Assembly (NCBI GenBank): GCA_963693365.1 | Contig: CAVNZM010000001.1 | Coordinates: 8,944,907-9,008,906 of the forward strand | Source: Amoebidium appalachense | Taxonomy: Eukaryota; Protista; Ichthyosporea | Direction: 5' to 3' | DNA length: 64,000 nt | Shown here: positions 20,295 to 48,633 of the stretch, in pieces | Position numbering within the stretch: position 1 is the first letter of the stretch | Layout of the letters: every line of letters starts with the position of its first letter | Made by a program: the position numbers and the translations under genes | Notes under the pieces: generated by a model | Told to the model about the DNA's origin: nothing | Databases searched by the model: none | The model's input: only the letters and a program-made list of their open reading frames with translations

Positions 20295-21620
20295 TGTTGT
20301 ATATAGGCGTATATTTAATTTCCACAGCACACACCTCCCGACGACACACGTCCGATCACAATTCACTTATTAGATCACCTTACCGATAACGAACCAATAA
20401 CCAATACGCCGCCATTTGAATCGTGAAAATGTGTGATATATTTACCGTGATTATCGGATTGAATTCATGTTAGTACTTTTACACATAAAAGACCCAGTTT
20501 TTGCCTTATTTAGAAGGTGACCTATCGTCCGGTGAACATCTGTGATTAACATGGCATATACTTTATTGCTAGTAGGTAACTGATGGTATGCTGTTTTGCT
20601 CGGTAATTATGACAGCTGCTGGCAATTGCAGCTCCGATCCGGGCCAGATGATAAATGTGCTTCACACGAAGTTATCTAAGTTTGTAGAAAACCTTTTTTT
20701 TTTTATTTTTTAAATGGATTTTATTTCGATCGGGGCATCAGACGGGCTAAGAATGGATATATAGTACAGTTGCCATAGACACAACGAGATAGTCGCTGAG
20801 ACAGCTTCAGCAGATATCCAACGAGATATACCAAAAACGAGAGTTCTGCAGTAAGACTGCTAAAAGCTGCAAGTTTGAGCTCAACTACGGGGGAAAACGG
20901 CCCGGCTAGGTTTGCCAGGTGTTTGAATGACGTGCCATGTACATTACATTTATACCAGCACCCAGTGTACACACGACACCTGAGATAGTCAGTTGATATA
21001 TCGGATTTCCACGCAGACATAATGTATGGGCTGTTACCGCATGCAGTTTCCCGAAATATGGACCGTGTACACCTTACAGTATACACATCCATTAACTCCT
21101 TTTCGACTTACGGGAAGCCCTCCCCACCCTCCTCCCCCCACCCCCACCCCCCTCTCCCCATCATTCATGTGTCGCCTGAAGAAAATTAGGATGCAATCCG
21201 GCCTTTGGATTGTGCCCAGTACGGCGATCTAGGCGGCAATCCTCAAGCAATACACCGTACTCAGTTTTATGTTCACCCTCATCCTAGTAGCAGAATATTG
21301 TAGTTTGCACATGAATGCTGGCTATTAGTTAGGTATGTTCTCCCTTTTCTCCCGCCCGATTCATCTTTCCCCTTCCTTTCTCTACTAACTTTACCGTCCC
21401 CCCCCCCCCCCCCCCCCCCCCCAACAAAGCCGTCGCATCCCAAACACCCACCCACCCCAGCTTCCGTACAGCATCCCCCCCCCCCCCCCCTCCCCCCTCC
21501 AACCCCCCCCCCCCCCCCTTCCCCCTTCTCCCCCCCCCCCCCCCCGACCCCGACCCTCTTACTTTCCCCTTTAAAAAAATTGCTCCTAATCAATGTCCAC
21601 ATATCAGCACACACCTACAC

Positions 21621-21736
<116 letters not shown>

Positions 21737-22368
21737 AGCAGAAACTTTAGTACTATGGGCCGACATGCCGATTCATTTGACGATAGTGCGTGCAACCCGC
21801 GGTGTTTTAGCATGCCAGAAGTTGAGGGAACGCGTTGGGGGGGGCAACCGGGTGGGCGGGCGGGGGGAAGGGGAAGGAGGGGGAGGGGGGAGGTTGAAAC
21901 CTTGCAGGGCAAGGCCCTGGCGTTCGGAAAGATTGTGTGCGTGTATATATATTGTGTATGTGGGGGGGAAGAGGGGGAGGGAGGATGCAGGGGCGGGGAG
22001 GGGGGGGTGTTTGGGGGGTTGGGAGGGGAGGGGGGAGGGGGGAGGGGGCGAGCTACATGTGCAAATCATGGCAGGGGTTAACTCAAGTATCTCGTTCTCA
22101 GCAAGCGGAAAAGACTAAGATGTGTATGTGTTTGGGTGCATGTTTTAGTGCACACATATAATCACGTCGCTGCACCACTTTAGGTGTGTTGATAGGGTAG
22201 GATAAAGGGTTAATGGTTGAATGTGGTGCAGGTGAACGGGGAAGAGGGAGGAGAGGGGGGGGGGGGAGGGGGGATTCTTTTTAGCCCCTGTTTTGTGCTG
22301 AAGCTCATGGTGACTTTTTTGAACTGCCGAGCATCCTTGGTAAAGCAATCTCTCCCCCCCCCTTCCCC

Positions 22369-22400
<32 letters not shown>

Positions 22401-22803
22401 TTTCCCCCCCCCCCTTTCCCCCCCTCCCCCCCCCCTCCCCTCCCTGCCTCCCTCTCTCCCTACCCAGCCCCCTCCCCTCCAACACACACATGTACACACG
22501 CAAACCTGTTCCCCCGTTCTCCCCATTCCCTTCCGTTCCCCAACTCCACCCTGAAGAGGGAATGGCATTACCCACCAAATATATTGCTCTCAACACTTAC
22601 CCCTCTTCCCCCTCTACCCCCCCTCCTCCCCCCCCACATTCCCTCCTCCACTCCCCGGGGGGAAGGCCCCCTCCGGGGAGAGTATTGAGAGGAGCCAGAG
22701 AATATGGGGAGAAGGGGAGGATAGGGGGAGGGTGGGGTAGGGTTGATGGACATCCAGAAACACCAACTGCCCCCCCCCCCCCCCCCCCCCCCCCATGCCC
22801 TGA

Positions 22804-22841
<38 letters not shown>

Positions 22842-23069
22842 CTAGTAGCCTCAACGGGAGCCGGTTACTGAGCCTTTACACTTTTGTTCTACATGGTATT
22901 TCTATCTATTTCTGTCACATTGAGCTCAGCCCGGCTTTAGTAATGAGTATGCTGAGCTTGGGGGCCCGGGAGGCGGGGGGCGAGGGGGGGGGGGGGGGGG
23001 GAGGGGGGAGAAGAGGAGGACGAGGGATTTTAGAACGGGGAGGGAGGACGGACGGGAGACGTGTGTGTA

Positions 23070-23158
<89 letters not shown>

Positions 23159-24752
23159 TGCGCGCGCGCATGCGTTGGAACATGAGCATGAGTGTGGACC
23201 GATAAGGGGGCAAGGGGGGGCGTGGGGGGGGGAAGGGGTGTTATATCGATTGGGTGGAGGGGGGGGGGGGGGGGGGGGGATGGGGGTACGTAGGTGGGGG
23301 TAGGGGGATCGGATAAGTAGGAGAGGGAAGGGAGTAGGATCGATAAGGGGCGGGGGGGGGGGAAGGGGGGGGGGAGGCAGGGGGACAGCGGGGAGGGAGA
23401 GGGTGTGTGTGTGTTGGGGGGGGGGGGGGGGGGGGTTGTATCGCTAGCAGGATAGGGGTGGTGGGGGTTTATTAGGGTCGATGGGGTGAGGAGAGGGGGG
23501 AGAGTCTTGAAAGATTTTCGAATCATAGGGGAGAACCAAAAAGGAAGATATTAGAACCGATGGGGGGGGGGGGGGGGGGGGGGGGAATGGGGGGGGTGTT
23601 GAGGGGGGAGGGGGGTTGTTTTTGAAAACGGAAATGGCAGTACCAATGAGAGAGGATTACAGATTAGGCAAAGATCTAAATATAATGCCCTAAAACTCAT
23701 GGATGAGGAACCAAGATGTTTTCATTACGGTGGGACAAAAGTTTTGAGGGTGACACGGAGTGGGGAGAAGGGGGGAGAAGGGGGGGGGGAAGGGGCGGAT
23801 CATGGACTAAAGAAGATTCTCCGTTCTGCGCTTCCCTCCCTCTCCCCCTGCCGGCCCCCCCTCCTCCCCCCCCCCCCCCCCCCTCCCCCCTCCCCCCTTC
23901 CCCTGCGCACTTTTCCTCTTCCTTTACAAACGCAACCCAGCTATCGCATACACCACCAACTGGTCCTCCCAACCCCACCCTGACCCTTATATCCCCCCCC
24001 CCCCCCCCCCCCCCCGCGGCCCCCGGCCGCCGCCCCCTCCCCCCCTCACCCTCCCCCCCCCCCTACTCTCCTCCCCCCCCCCCCCCTCGCCCCCTTCCCC
24101 CCGACCTCTCACTCTTTCCCTCCCCCCTCCCCCGCCAGAACAAGACGGTGTCAATCCCATCTCCTCCCCGCCCCCTTCCCTTCTCCTCCCCCCCCCCCAC
24201 CCATCCTCCCCCCCCCCTCCCCCCGTTAGGCGAACACACACCCTCCCTCCTCCCCCCTCCTACCCCTCCCCCCAAGCTCACCCTCCCGGGCCCTCCCCCC
24301 CCAGGGGAATCAAAAGTCAAAAGGCGCTGCTGCCGTCAAGCATCTTTTAAGGAATTTCCAAATATCCCGCATTCACTTTTCATGGTGTATGCGTGCTCGC
24401 CAGGCTACACAACCGTGAAATTCACGCTGAAATTTTGCACTGCATTCTCTCCCTCACAGGCCCATATATACAATTACTATTTCAAATCTGCCGGTTCAAG
24501 TGGTAATTTAAGCTGTTTGCTCGAGGCAAAGAGAGACCAGTCTCAGGTATGGGGGTTTTTGCTCGGAATATCCCCTCAGCGGTATATCATGATCAAGTAA
24601 ATAGATGTCGGGTGATGATTATATATCAGGGTTTACTTTCTCTACGAGGCAGTACCATAAAGAATAAGAAAACCAATTAGTTAGGTTCCCCGTTTTTTTT
24701 TGTTTTTTTTTGTTTTTTTTTTCGGGCTCCCCTGGGGCACTCGATATCAGCT

Positions 24753-24846
<94 letters not shown>

Positions 24847-25184
24847 AGAATTTTGTAATGATGTGTTTCTCAAGCCAATCAATACATCTAATAAACAGGC
24901 CATAGTTACGTGTGCATGGTATAAAATGAAGGATGTTGTAATTTTCAAGTGACCGAACCCAACTGAAATCTGGACGGAAATTTCGAGATTTCAATCTGCA
25001 TGCCGCATGATGATTGGCTTTAGGCTTTAAGCCAACTATGGCGCAGGCTTTCAAGCCCACCTTCCACCCCATTTGGACCCCAGGCATCCATAGTTAGACA
25101 TAATGGTTTTGTTCTTGTAGACATAGCCAAATTTTTGCGTTTTTCTTTCTCCAATAAAGAGCTAACCGTTATAGATAGAAGCTC

Positions 25185-25560
25185 ATATGAGCCACATGTT
25201 TTTAATGTGTCTCAGAACAATGACCTCATACTGAGTATGTCGACATGAACCACATAACATGTTCCTGTTTGCACAGTGACCTGTCGACATGAGCCACATA
25301 TTCTGATGTCTGCACAGTGATCCAATACTGACTGACGTAGCACCCTAGCTAGCGTACTGTCGGTGCTGGGTGGAAGACGGTACCTCCCCCTGAGGGCCCC
25401 TACATAGAGGTACCTCCGGGAACAAAACTGGTAAAATAAAAAAACCTAATACCGAGGATGTCGACATGATCCACGTCGATCTGTGGTATCGACATCGTTA
25501 GATTAGGCTACCCACGAGCCACATCGACATGTTGTAAATTGCTAGATCATGTCGACAGTT
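25185..25560. repeat. Degenerate repeat array built on the palindrome ATGTCGACAT followed by GA(G/A/T)CCAC
   Basis: TGTCGACATGA.CCAC at about 25238, 25282 and 25459; partial copies at about 25187, 25515-25530 and 25549. Confidence 0.65.
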
Positions 25561-25786
25561 CTACATAATTCGTTGATGTCGTGAATAGGCTACATCATAT
25601 ATATATATATAGATGTTGCATTTTCAACGCTCGTGCCTGGGTCTCTGCAAATAATTCCCCTATAGACACCGTCTGCAATCGACCCCCGACAAATACCTAC
25701 CCCCCCCCCCCCCCCCCCATCCCCCCCCCCTCTACAGCCACCATCACCACCACCATGCACGCACAAAAACTTTTCCTGTCCCCCCA

Positions 25787-26418
25787 ATGCACAACCGCAC
25801 AGCCTCCCAACACAAGCCGGCATATGCACATCTCGTAAAAACTGAAAACACACACGTGCACGAAGGTGAGCAGGCACACACAAGTAGCCCTAAGCACACA
25901 TACACGCGCTTGCACGAGGGCGCACAAAATGTGAAACAACTATTACACAGACACAGCGTGCAGGTGACGCAATAATAGACTACCGGCACACAAGCAAATC
26001 ACGGTGCAAGGATCCGTGCAGATAAATTCTGTACAATCTCAAAGAGAACAGGGTCAATATTTTTGCTACTCCCTTGCAGGGTCTTTGCAGCTTCTCATAC
26101 ACACACCTGCGATTCCCCCAGACAAGCACCTGCGATGACACCCCCCCCCCCCCCCCCCCCTAGCACACACATACTCGTCCTCTCGTGATGCACAACCGCA
26201 GAGCCGTCCAACATGTCAACTGGCATACTTGCGTCTCCTAAAACTAAAACACACACGTAGTCGAGCTCACACACACTAGCCCGTAAGCACACACACACAC
26301 ATGGGTGATGCAATTCACATGCACGGACCACATGTGAAAAAACCCACACAATTTAGCAAATGCCGGTGCAAGGGCCCGAGCGGATAAATCTTGTACAATC
26401 CCAACGAGAAAAGAGTCA
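25787..26418. repeat. Diverged ~250-bp direct duplication downstream of permease copy B
   Basis: 25787-26056 and 26188-26418 share ATGCACAACCGCA..., AAAACT.AAA..CACACACGT and GGTGCAAGG..CCG.GC.GATAAAT..TGTACAATC.CAA.GAGAA.AG.GTCA. Confidence 0.8.
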
Positions 26419-26655
26419 CGGTACGAGGGTCAATTTGGAATGAACGTTTATTTATGGCTGCCTCGACACTAAAGCATTATCGTATTCATCTTGGGAATAA
26501 CGATAAAGAGAGATTATTACATAGTCTTCATCGACCGTTATAATCGGCGCTATACATCGAGCCTCGTGGCTCATCATTCACTAAAATGCATGATTCAATG
26601 TTGCAGCAAAAATTCTCGCTATAATGTTCAATTATTTCAAAAAAAAGACAGGTTT

Positions 26656-28290
26656 TCAGTGGGCAAGCTCCTTTGTGATCTCGGTAATGCCGAAGCGCAT
26701 CTTGCTGTGCCACAGGCCATAGGAGAAGTAAACGATCAGACCGACGGCTAGCCAAACAAGGAACCGATAGAGCGTCTCCACGCCGGTCGAGGACATCAGC
26801 CAGATGCACATGGCCATGGACAGCACGGGCACAATGGGGAACTCGTAGCGCACGCCGTTGCGGTTGATTGGGATGTTGCCAAACACCCGGAACAGCCGCT
26901 GGGCATCGGGCTGGGTGAAGCGCAGAACAATGACACCGAGGGACACGAGCACAAAGGCAAACAGCGTGCCGATGGAAGACATGTCGGCAAGCACGTCAAT
27001 GGGGAGCACAGCGCTGGCAAGGGCAATGAACACACCACTAATGATGGTGGTGACGTGGGGCGTGCCGAAGCGGGGATGGATCTTAGCACAGACCTGGGGG
27101 AGCAGACCGTCCTTGGCCATGGAATAGAAGATGCGGGGCTGGCCCATCTGCATGACCAGCAGCACGGACGTGAGACCGCACATGGCTGCCAGCGTGACGT
27201 AGATCACAAGCCCCTTGCCGCCGATGGCGTCAGCAACGAGAGCCATGGGGGAGGCAGACTTGGCAAACTCGGTGTAGCTGATGACACCCACAAGCACGGT
27301 GGACATAAGGATGTACAGCACCGTGCAGACGCCCAGAGAACCGAGCACACCGATGGGGAGATCGCGCTGGGGCACCTTGGCCTCCTGGGCCATGCAGGTG
27401 ACAGCATCAAAACCGATGTAGGCAAAGAACACAACCACTGCAGCGCGCATCACACCGGCAAAGCCATACACGTCACCACCCTCGTTGGGGGGCATGAAGG
27501 GGGTGTAGTTGTCGGGGTCGACCTTGGTGAAGCCCCAGATGATGACCGTGAGCACGGCTGAGCCCTTGATGGCCACGATGATGTGGTTGACCCACGCAGA
27601 CTCCTTGATGCCCACCACCAGCACAATCGTCACAATCGTGCAAATCATGGCCGCGGGGAGGTCGACATAGTTGCCAGTGGTGACGAAGGAGCTCGTCTTT
27701 GCGTCCCACGTAATGGGTGCAGAGCAGAAGCGGTGGTCGAAAGTGACACCGAATGCGGCCTTGAAGAACTTGGAGAAGTAGGCAGACCAGCCCACAGCCA
27801 CGGCGGCAGAGCCAATCATGTACTCGAGAAGAAGCGTCCAGCCAATGACCCACGCCACCAGCTCACCGAGTGTTGCGTAGGCAAAGGTGTAGGCACTGCC
27901 GGAGATGGGGATCATGGTGGCCATCTCGGTGTAGCAGAGACCAGCCAAGGCAGAGGCAATGCCGCCGATAAGGAAGGAAATCACCACGGCAGGGCCAGCA
28001 TACTTGCCGGCAGCCACACCGGCCAGCACGAAGATACCTGTGCCGATGATGGCGCCAATACCGATGAGCATAAGGTCGAGACCACTCAGCACACGCTTGA
28101 GGCCGCTGTCTGCCTGGGACTCGGCCACAAGTCCAGCAAACGACTTTGTGCACCACAGCTGCTGCCACTTGGTCATGACGGGCTGAGAGCTCCCCGCCGG
28201 TACACTGGAGGCATTGTTGTAGTCGATGTCGGTGACCCGGGAATCACCCACGGTCGTTGACTCTCCCTCCCACTTCTTCTGGTAAGCCAT
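26656..28290 (-). CDS. APC-superfamily amino acid permease (cationic amino acid transporter-like), intronless, copy B
   Basis: 544-aa ORF. Apart from the first ~30 residues it differs from copy A at only a few positions; same motifs. Confidence 0.95.
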   Translation of the reverse strand: MAYQKKWEGESTTVGDSRVTDIDYNNASSVPAGSSQPVMTKWQQLWCTKSFAGLVAESQADSGLKRVLSGLDLMLIGIGAIIGTGIFVLAGVAAGKYAGPAVVISFLIGGIASALAGLCYTEMATMIPISGSAYTFAYATLGELVAWVIGWTLLLEYMIGSAAVAVGWSAYFSKFFKAAFGVTFDHRFCSAPITWDAKTSSFVTTGNYVDLPAAMICTIVTIVLVVGIKESAWVNHIIVAIKGSAVLTVIIWGFTKVDPDNYTPFMPPNEGGDVYGFAGVMRAAVVVFFAYIGFDAVTCMAQEAKVPQRDLPIGVLGSLGVCTVLYILMSTVLVGVISYTEFAKSASPMALVADAIGGKGLVIYVTLAAMCGLTSVLLVMQMGQPRIFYSMAKDGLLPQVCAKIHPRFGTPHVTTIISGVFIALASAVLPIDVLADMSSIGTLFAFVLVSLGVIVLRFTQPDAQRLFRVFGNIPINRNGVRYEFPIVPVLSMAMCIWLMSSTGVETLYRFLVWLAVGLIVYFSYGLWHSKMRFGITEITKELAH

Positions 28291-31200
28291 CTTCTCAATA
28301 GTCTACTAAGATTCTAACTTGCTGGTGTTGTTGGCGGGCACCTGCTGTTTAAAAACCTGGCACCGAAGTGTGGGCCTGACCCGATCGGAACTTGACTACA
28401 AGGCGAGTGCCTCTCACCATTATTTACCCGCGGGATTGGGTTACACTAGGCACTGACGGAATGAATGGATGCCTGACTATTCACCAATCGGAAATGAATT
28501 CTGCACTACACACACCAATGTCCGACTCCAATCGTGCATATGAACCGGGGATTAGCGGTTGTTTTGACGACAAATGACTTATATAAAAAATTCTTATGAT
28601 ACGTAGACGGGATAATTTACGCAAATAAACATGTTTACACTTTTAATAGATATATAAACAAGCCAAGGCCCACAGGAATAAGTACGTAGGAAAGACCCTT
28701 TGTAACAAATTCTGAGGATCGGTATGATTGTATGGACATCAGCAGCGCGAATTGGCCCTGTATTTTGTGGCCGGTCTAGGGGGCCGGTCACAAGCTCAGA
28801 TGCGGCGTTGTCCAGTAGGCTTGGGAAGCGAAAGCTGGAACTCGAATTCGAACTTCAGAGTTTGAGTTCCATCGAACTACAAATGAACCCAATGAAGTAA
28901 GGAAAAAACCGGCGATGTCCGGTGGTGTTGGTGAAGTTGGTTTTTTAAAAAGATCCAACAGGCTATATTTACACCAGTTGGGAATCCTGATCCTTCGACC
29001 GGCGTGTGACGTCACTGCACCGGACTGAACTCACTGACTGCGGGCGCCACACATCTGGGTTAGTAATACAATTGAATTATTGTTTTTTTCCAATCCGAAA
29101 ATCCGAAACAAAATGAGCGAATGGCAACACAACAGCAGCCAACATTTTAGGAAGATGTCTATAGTATTTGTGGGGCGGAAGCGTTGTTTATTGAAAAAAT
29201 TAGTGAGGATAAGATGAAATAAATAAGTGCGGGCAACAAACAGGGCGACAGCAAGGTTAACTCAACAAGGTACAGCCAACGACGCTACCAAAATGATCCC
29301 CTCATTAGACTCAATGTCTCGAAGTATACCGTATTTCTCCCCTGGATTATAATAGAAATTGCACACCCTGGGCAATCCTTGGAGCGTTGGGAAATGAATG
29401 ATGCGAGTGAACCAGGTGATTGAACAAAGATGACTCGCCTATCAAAAGCTTAGTATTTTATCCAAATTTGTGTATGTCCGCTGGGCCTGGAACCAGTGCT
29501 TTCGCTCCCCCGCAATTTGTCCCTGCGCAGCCGCTCTGCACGCATGCTTCAAACTTTTTTTCTGCCTCAGGTGTCAGGAGACGCTTCGGAGAAAGCGCTT
29601 GAAACTCAGTTGACGTCAGCTGAGGCTTCACCTTACGCAGTGTGCCAATGAGCTCTGGCTGCTAGCGCTCTGCAGCTGTTCTGACGATCCTCGAATATTA
29701 TGCTTTTATTTATTGGTTTCCAGGCTCAAAGTGTGCTTTTCTGTGGCTTTTTCTTGGTGGCTTTTTCATCTCACCTCAGGAACACCTGATGTGGCTCGTC
29801 CACGTAGTGAACCTACAGTGATCACGGCCCTCACTGAGACTTCGTGCTTCTCATCAAAATATGTTTAGTAATGTCTTCGTCAAGTTGGTGTGTGTTGCAT
29901 GGCAACATTATGGCCCATATGCATGATGTGCGTGTGGTGTGAATGTGTTTAAAGGGTCGTCAGAGTGGGTGTTTAAGTTGTGTCCGTGTGCCCGCGTGCG
30001 TGGGCGGTCATGTATGCCGGAATACTCTGTGACGGTGGTGTGTACGTAAGTGTGTACGTTGTACACGAGTGTGCATGCACGTGTGTGTGCCTCTCTCTCT
30101 CTCTCTGTGTGTGTGCATGCATGTGTGTGCGTGTGTGTGTATGTGTGCATGTGTGTGTTCAAGTTGTGTACACAACGAACAGAATGTGTGCGTGCAATGT
30201 ACGCGTGCACATGCGAATTTCTCTCTCTCTCTCTCTCTCTCTCTCCCCCCCCCCCCCCCCCCCCCCTCTCTCCGGATCTCTCTCTCTCTCTCTCTCTCTC
30301 CCCCCCCGCCCTCTCTCTCTGTGTGTGTGTCTCTCTGCGTGTGTGTGAGCATGTGTGCACATGTGTGTGTGTGCGCGCACGTATTCGTGCACGTGCGTGC
30401 CTGCGTGCCCGCCCGCCCGCGCGTGTGTGTGCACGTGTATGTGTTTGGACTGTGCGTGTGACGGCTGTAAATTTGCGATTATTATTGTATGATGCGGGTT
30501 GCTCCGCCTGCGGAGAGAGCCCTCTCTCACCCTTTCAGACGACCGAGACCAGTCTCCCTCTCTCACTAGTCAATGTCAATTGTTCTCGCTCCATATCTCT
30601 GCCTCCCTCTCTGTCGAAGGAGATTGAAAAGAAGGGGTACGGAGGGGGTAGGGAGGGAGAGAGGAGAGAGAGAGACAGAGAGAGAGAGAGAGGGGGGGGG
30701 GGGGGGGGGGGGAGAGAGAGAGAGGAGAAGAGAGAGAGAGTGAGACAGAGAGAGAGAGAGATAAAGAGAGAGAGTCCGTATGTGTGAGTGTGCATGCACG
30801 GTTCTCTCTGCCTCCCTCCGAGCGAGCCTCTAGATCTCTTGCTCTCTCCCTCCAAGGCTCTCCGACTCTCTCCCTCTCTCTCTCTCGCTCTCTCTCTATC
30901 TGCCAGCTGTCTGCCTGTCTGTCTCTCTCTCTCCCTCTCTGCGCCTTCTCCCGAGTATATACTCGTACGAGGCAACCTCTAGATCTCTAGATATCTCTTA
31001 AATCCCCCCTCTCCCTCCCCCTCTCCCCCTCTCTCTGTTTATCCCTCTCCCTTCCTAACTAGACTCTCTTTCTTTCCTCCCTACGCATTCTCTCCGAGCC
31101 GAGGCTTCCCCCCCCCTCCCCCCTCCCTCCCCCTCCCCCCCTTTCCCCGCGCGCCCCCTTCCCCCCCCCCCCCCCCCCCCCCCCCCGCCCCCTTCGCCCC

Positions 31201-32452
31201 CTCTCTTCTCTCTTTCTCTCTCTCTCTCCCCCCCCCCCCCCCACCCTCCCCCCCCCCCCCCTATCTCTGTACGTGCGTGCGTGCGTGGTCCCAATGTGAC
31301 CCCCAATCGCAATCGTGCATGCACACATAGTTTACATGGCATGGCCATGGCATCATGGTATGTGCATTGCATGTTCGTCTTGCTGCCAACATGAACTCGG
31401 TGATCGGTGTCACACAATGCGACATGCACCCGAAGCACACACACGCACACACACGCACACACACGCACACACAAAAACACATAGAAACACGCACAAACCC
31501 ACACAAACACACAGAAACAGACGAACCCATACGGTGCACCTAATAATTATACACAAGTATGTACGTCACACGTACATATTGATGTACGCATCGAAGTTGA
31601 AATGTGGTGCGTGCCTTGATTGGTTTTGCCGACATCGATGACGTCATACACTGGTGACAGTTACACTCCACTTGTAGTACTGCCTACATACATCGCGATC
31701 CTATTTCTCGGAGTAGGCCTATGTATTCCTAACTCTGTTAGGTAACGTTGAATCTTTGTGACGAGCTTGACCATGTGATGATCTCAAGTTAATAATTGAG
31801 AGGGTTAGTTGAGGATTAAGTTTTACAATGGGTCTCCGCCTTTACAAGACGAAAGACACTACGCCAGTGGCTCGGTAGTGGGCCTTTTATGGGCTGAGGG
31901 AGAAATTTGAGTCAACATCAACGACCTGATGTGGACAACGGGGTATTCTGACAAGTAACTTAGTCACGGCGTAAAGGAAGCCAGCTACCTCTCGGGGGCT
32001 TATGAACACAGAATGTAAGAGAAATGTCTATTCACTTTTTCCTTTTTTTCAAGAGTGTTAGGTGGCTTTCTTTTCTCAGTTAGTAACCCATCACACTCAC
32101 TATGTAGAGCATTAGTTCAAGTTCTCGGCAAACTGTCTGATTTCGGTCAAGATGATGTTGCTACCTCAATCAGCTTAGCTTGTTCTCTTATGCAAACGTG
32201 TACGTGTACGTACGCTACATTGTGCAACCGATGTGGTATACATCTATAAAGATTTGGAGAGGGAGGGATGAGTCTTGTACCATTGCACACCCCTGCACAC
32301 AGACAAAAAGCCATACAGACACACACGTGTGGGTTCGTTGGCTAATTGTGTCCAAAAAAAAACGGTTGTGTGTGTATGTGTGTGCGTGTATGTGTGCGCG
32401 TGTTTGTGTGTGCGCTTGTGTTTGTGTGTGTGTGTGTGTGTGTATGTGTGTG

Positions 32453-32503
<51 letters not shown>

Positions 32504-33894
32504 TGTGTGCGTGTGCGTGTGCATGTCCCCTCCCCCCCTTGTCTATGTGTGTGTATTCTTTCGTATCTGTGTGTGTGTGTGTGTGTGTGTGTGTGGTGGC
32601 AGATGCTGCTCGTGTTGGTGATGGTGGTCCCCCCCGCCCTCCCCCCTCCCCCCCCTCTCTCCCCCCCCCCTCCCCCCTGCCCTCCCGTGCTCCCCGCGCC
32701 AAACAGAAGGAAGGGAAGAAAGAGGGGGGCGGAGGGGGGAGGGAGGGTGGGGGGAAGGAAGAGGGGAGGGGGGGCGGGGGAGGAGGTTGGGGAGGGGTAG
32801 AGGGGAGTATATGACTCAAATCCGTTCCGTTCAACAGCTACTCGCCGTACCTTGCATCAGAGTCTGTTAGGCCACCCCCAGAGCACACACTGCATCAAAC
32901 TTTTTTCAAACCTTACACGGTCGGGTTTCCGGTTTTTGCTTGCTTTCTTACCCCTCCCTCAGTCCACTTTCGCCTTACATATGGTTACAGCAAGGTTTCT
33001 AAGCAGTAACCAAACGTCACACACACAGCCAAATGCTAAAATGCCTGCGTCAATTAGTCCACCGCTTAGGCCCGTCAAGAAAGGCAGGTTTCCCTCCTGA
33101 TATTCCATCTCACCCACCAACACATGTGCAGGTGCACATGACTTGCACAAAACCTGGTTGCTGCCCATGGATCTGGAAAAAACGTTTGGGCGCAGCATTT
33201 CATGCGATAGAACAAGATCATGAGTGACTGAAACGGTGGATTAGAGGGAAGACTAGCAGTACTGACACTGGCGGGCACCAGAAGTGATCGGTTCCGGGCC
33301 TGGTTCGTAGTATTGGGTTTTGCCTCTGGTATATAAGCATGCAATCCGGTGAGGGTATTTGGGAGGAGGGGGCAGGGCTTGGAGAGAGAAAGGGGGGTGG
33401 GGGAACAAGGGGGGGCGAGAGAGGGAGAGAGAGAAGGAGAGAAAGGAGAGGGAGAGAGAGAGTGAGAGAGAAAGGGAGGGAGGGGAGGGGGGGGGGGGAG
33501 GGGAGAGAGAGTGTGTGTGTGCGAGGACGAGAGAGGGAGGAGGTGGTGGAGTTGCAGGGGCCGCAGGGATGGGGGGGGGGGGGGGGGGGGGGGAGGGGGG
33601 GGGTAAATGGACGGGTGAGTTTTTTTTTTTTTTTGGGGGGGGGGGGGGGGGAGGGGTTGGGGGGAAGGGGGGGGAGGGGGAGGGGGGGATACAGGGAAGT
33701 GGGCATAGAAGGAGGCGGGGGAGAGGGGGGGGAGGGATGTGTGTGTGTGTGTGTGTGTGTGAGTGTGTTGAGGAGAGGGCAGGGGGAGGGGGGGGGGACG
33801 AGTGCCACGGCAAAGGAGAGCAATGACAAAAGTGACTTGAAGCCAAGTTTTTCACCCTCTTTTTTCCTCTAACATTTTCCTATCATCCCACCAG

Positions 33895-47687
<13,793 letters not shown>

Positions 47688-48124
47688 GCGGGCATGAATG
47701 TTGCGTGATTTTTAAATTAGTTTGAGGGTTTTTATATTGTTTTACGTGGAGTATTTAGAGTGTGTGCGGCCATTTTGACTATGAGTGAGATGTATGGGAG
47801 ACTTCGAAAAACAAGAGAATGGGTGTACAATCATGTGTATATCTACTGGTGTGCATTGTATTTCTGTAGGGTGGGCATTATATTTGTAGCGGGCATTCGA
47901 TTTCTAGTATGAATAGAAATCGCTAAATGTAGATGGTGGTCCCACGCATTATGCATGCATCATGTAAGTCTCTGTGAATACGTTGACAGCTTGATACTAC
48001 TTTGATAGTGGTGAAATGTGTTGATAAGGTAACTATATTTGTGTGTGTACATATGTGTGGCGGTGGTGGTGGTGGTGGTGGTGGGGAGGGGGGGGGGGGG
48101 GGGGGGGAAGGGTTGGGGGCGAGT

Positions 48125-48185
<61 letters not shown>

Positions 48186-48585
48186 CTGGCAGACCGTACG
48201 TCGAGATTATAGCACAGACAAAATCGCTAACGATTGAATGTGTAATTAGGCAGTGTTGTGCTTTTGCTGTTTTTTATTATTATTGTAGTTTATAAGTGGC
48301 CCTATATATAGTATGAAATAGTGTGTTGTTAAGATCTTTCACGCCAGCTGAAAGCTTTCTTTTTTTTATCGTGATGAAACTTTGTATGTGCAGTGAATGT
48401 GTTACACAATGGAAAACTTGTACGCTGTTTCATTGAGAATGTTTGCATGTCACGAAATGGTACAGGAACGACAATGCGCACAAGATATCATGTGTGATAT
48501 TTACGCTTCTCGTCCTTTTGGCTCAAATATTTTCCATGCCCACCGGTACCGCAAAACTTAATTTAAAGGGTCAGATTAAATAATG

Positions 48586-48633
<48 letters not shown>

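Noticed and set aside
25185-25560. CRISPR-like reading of the palindromic repeats (also the 17309-17815 motifs)
   Set aside because: Units are short and degenerate, spacing is irregular, intervening sequences are partly related, there are no cas genes, and the context is eukaryotic.
33034-33330. Candidate first exons of TAPT1 (MPASISPPLRPVKKG..; ..AWFVVLGFASG|GT)
   Set aside because: Several alternative splice solutions exist, stops occur in all frames, and no conserved motif anchors them; left unresolved.
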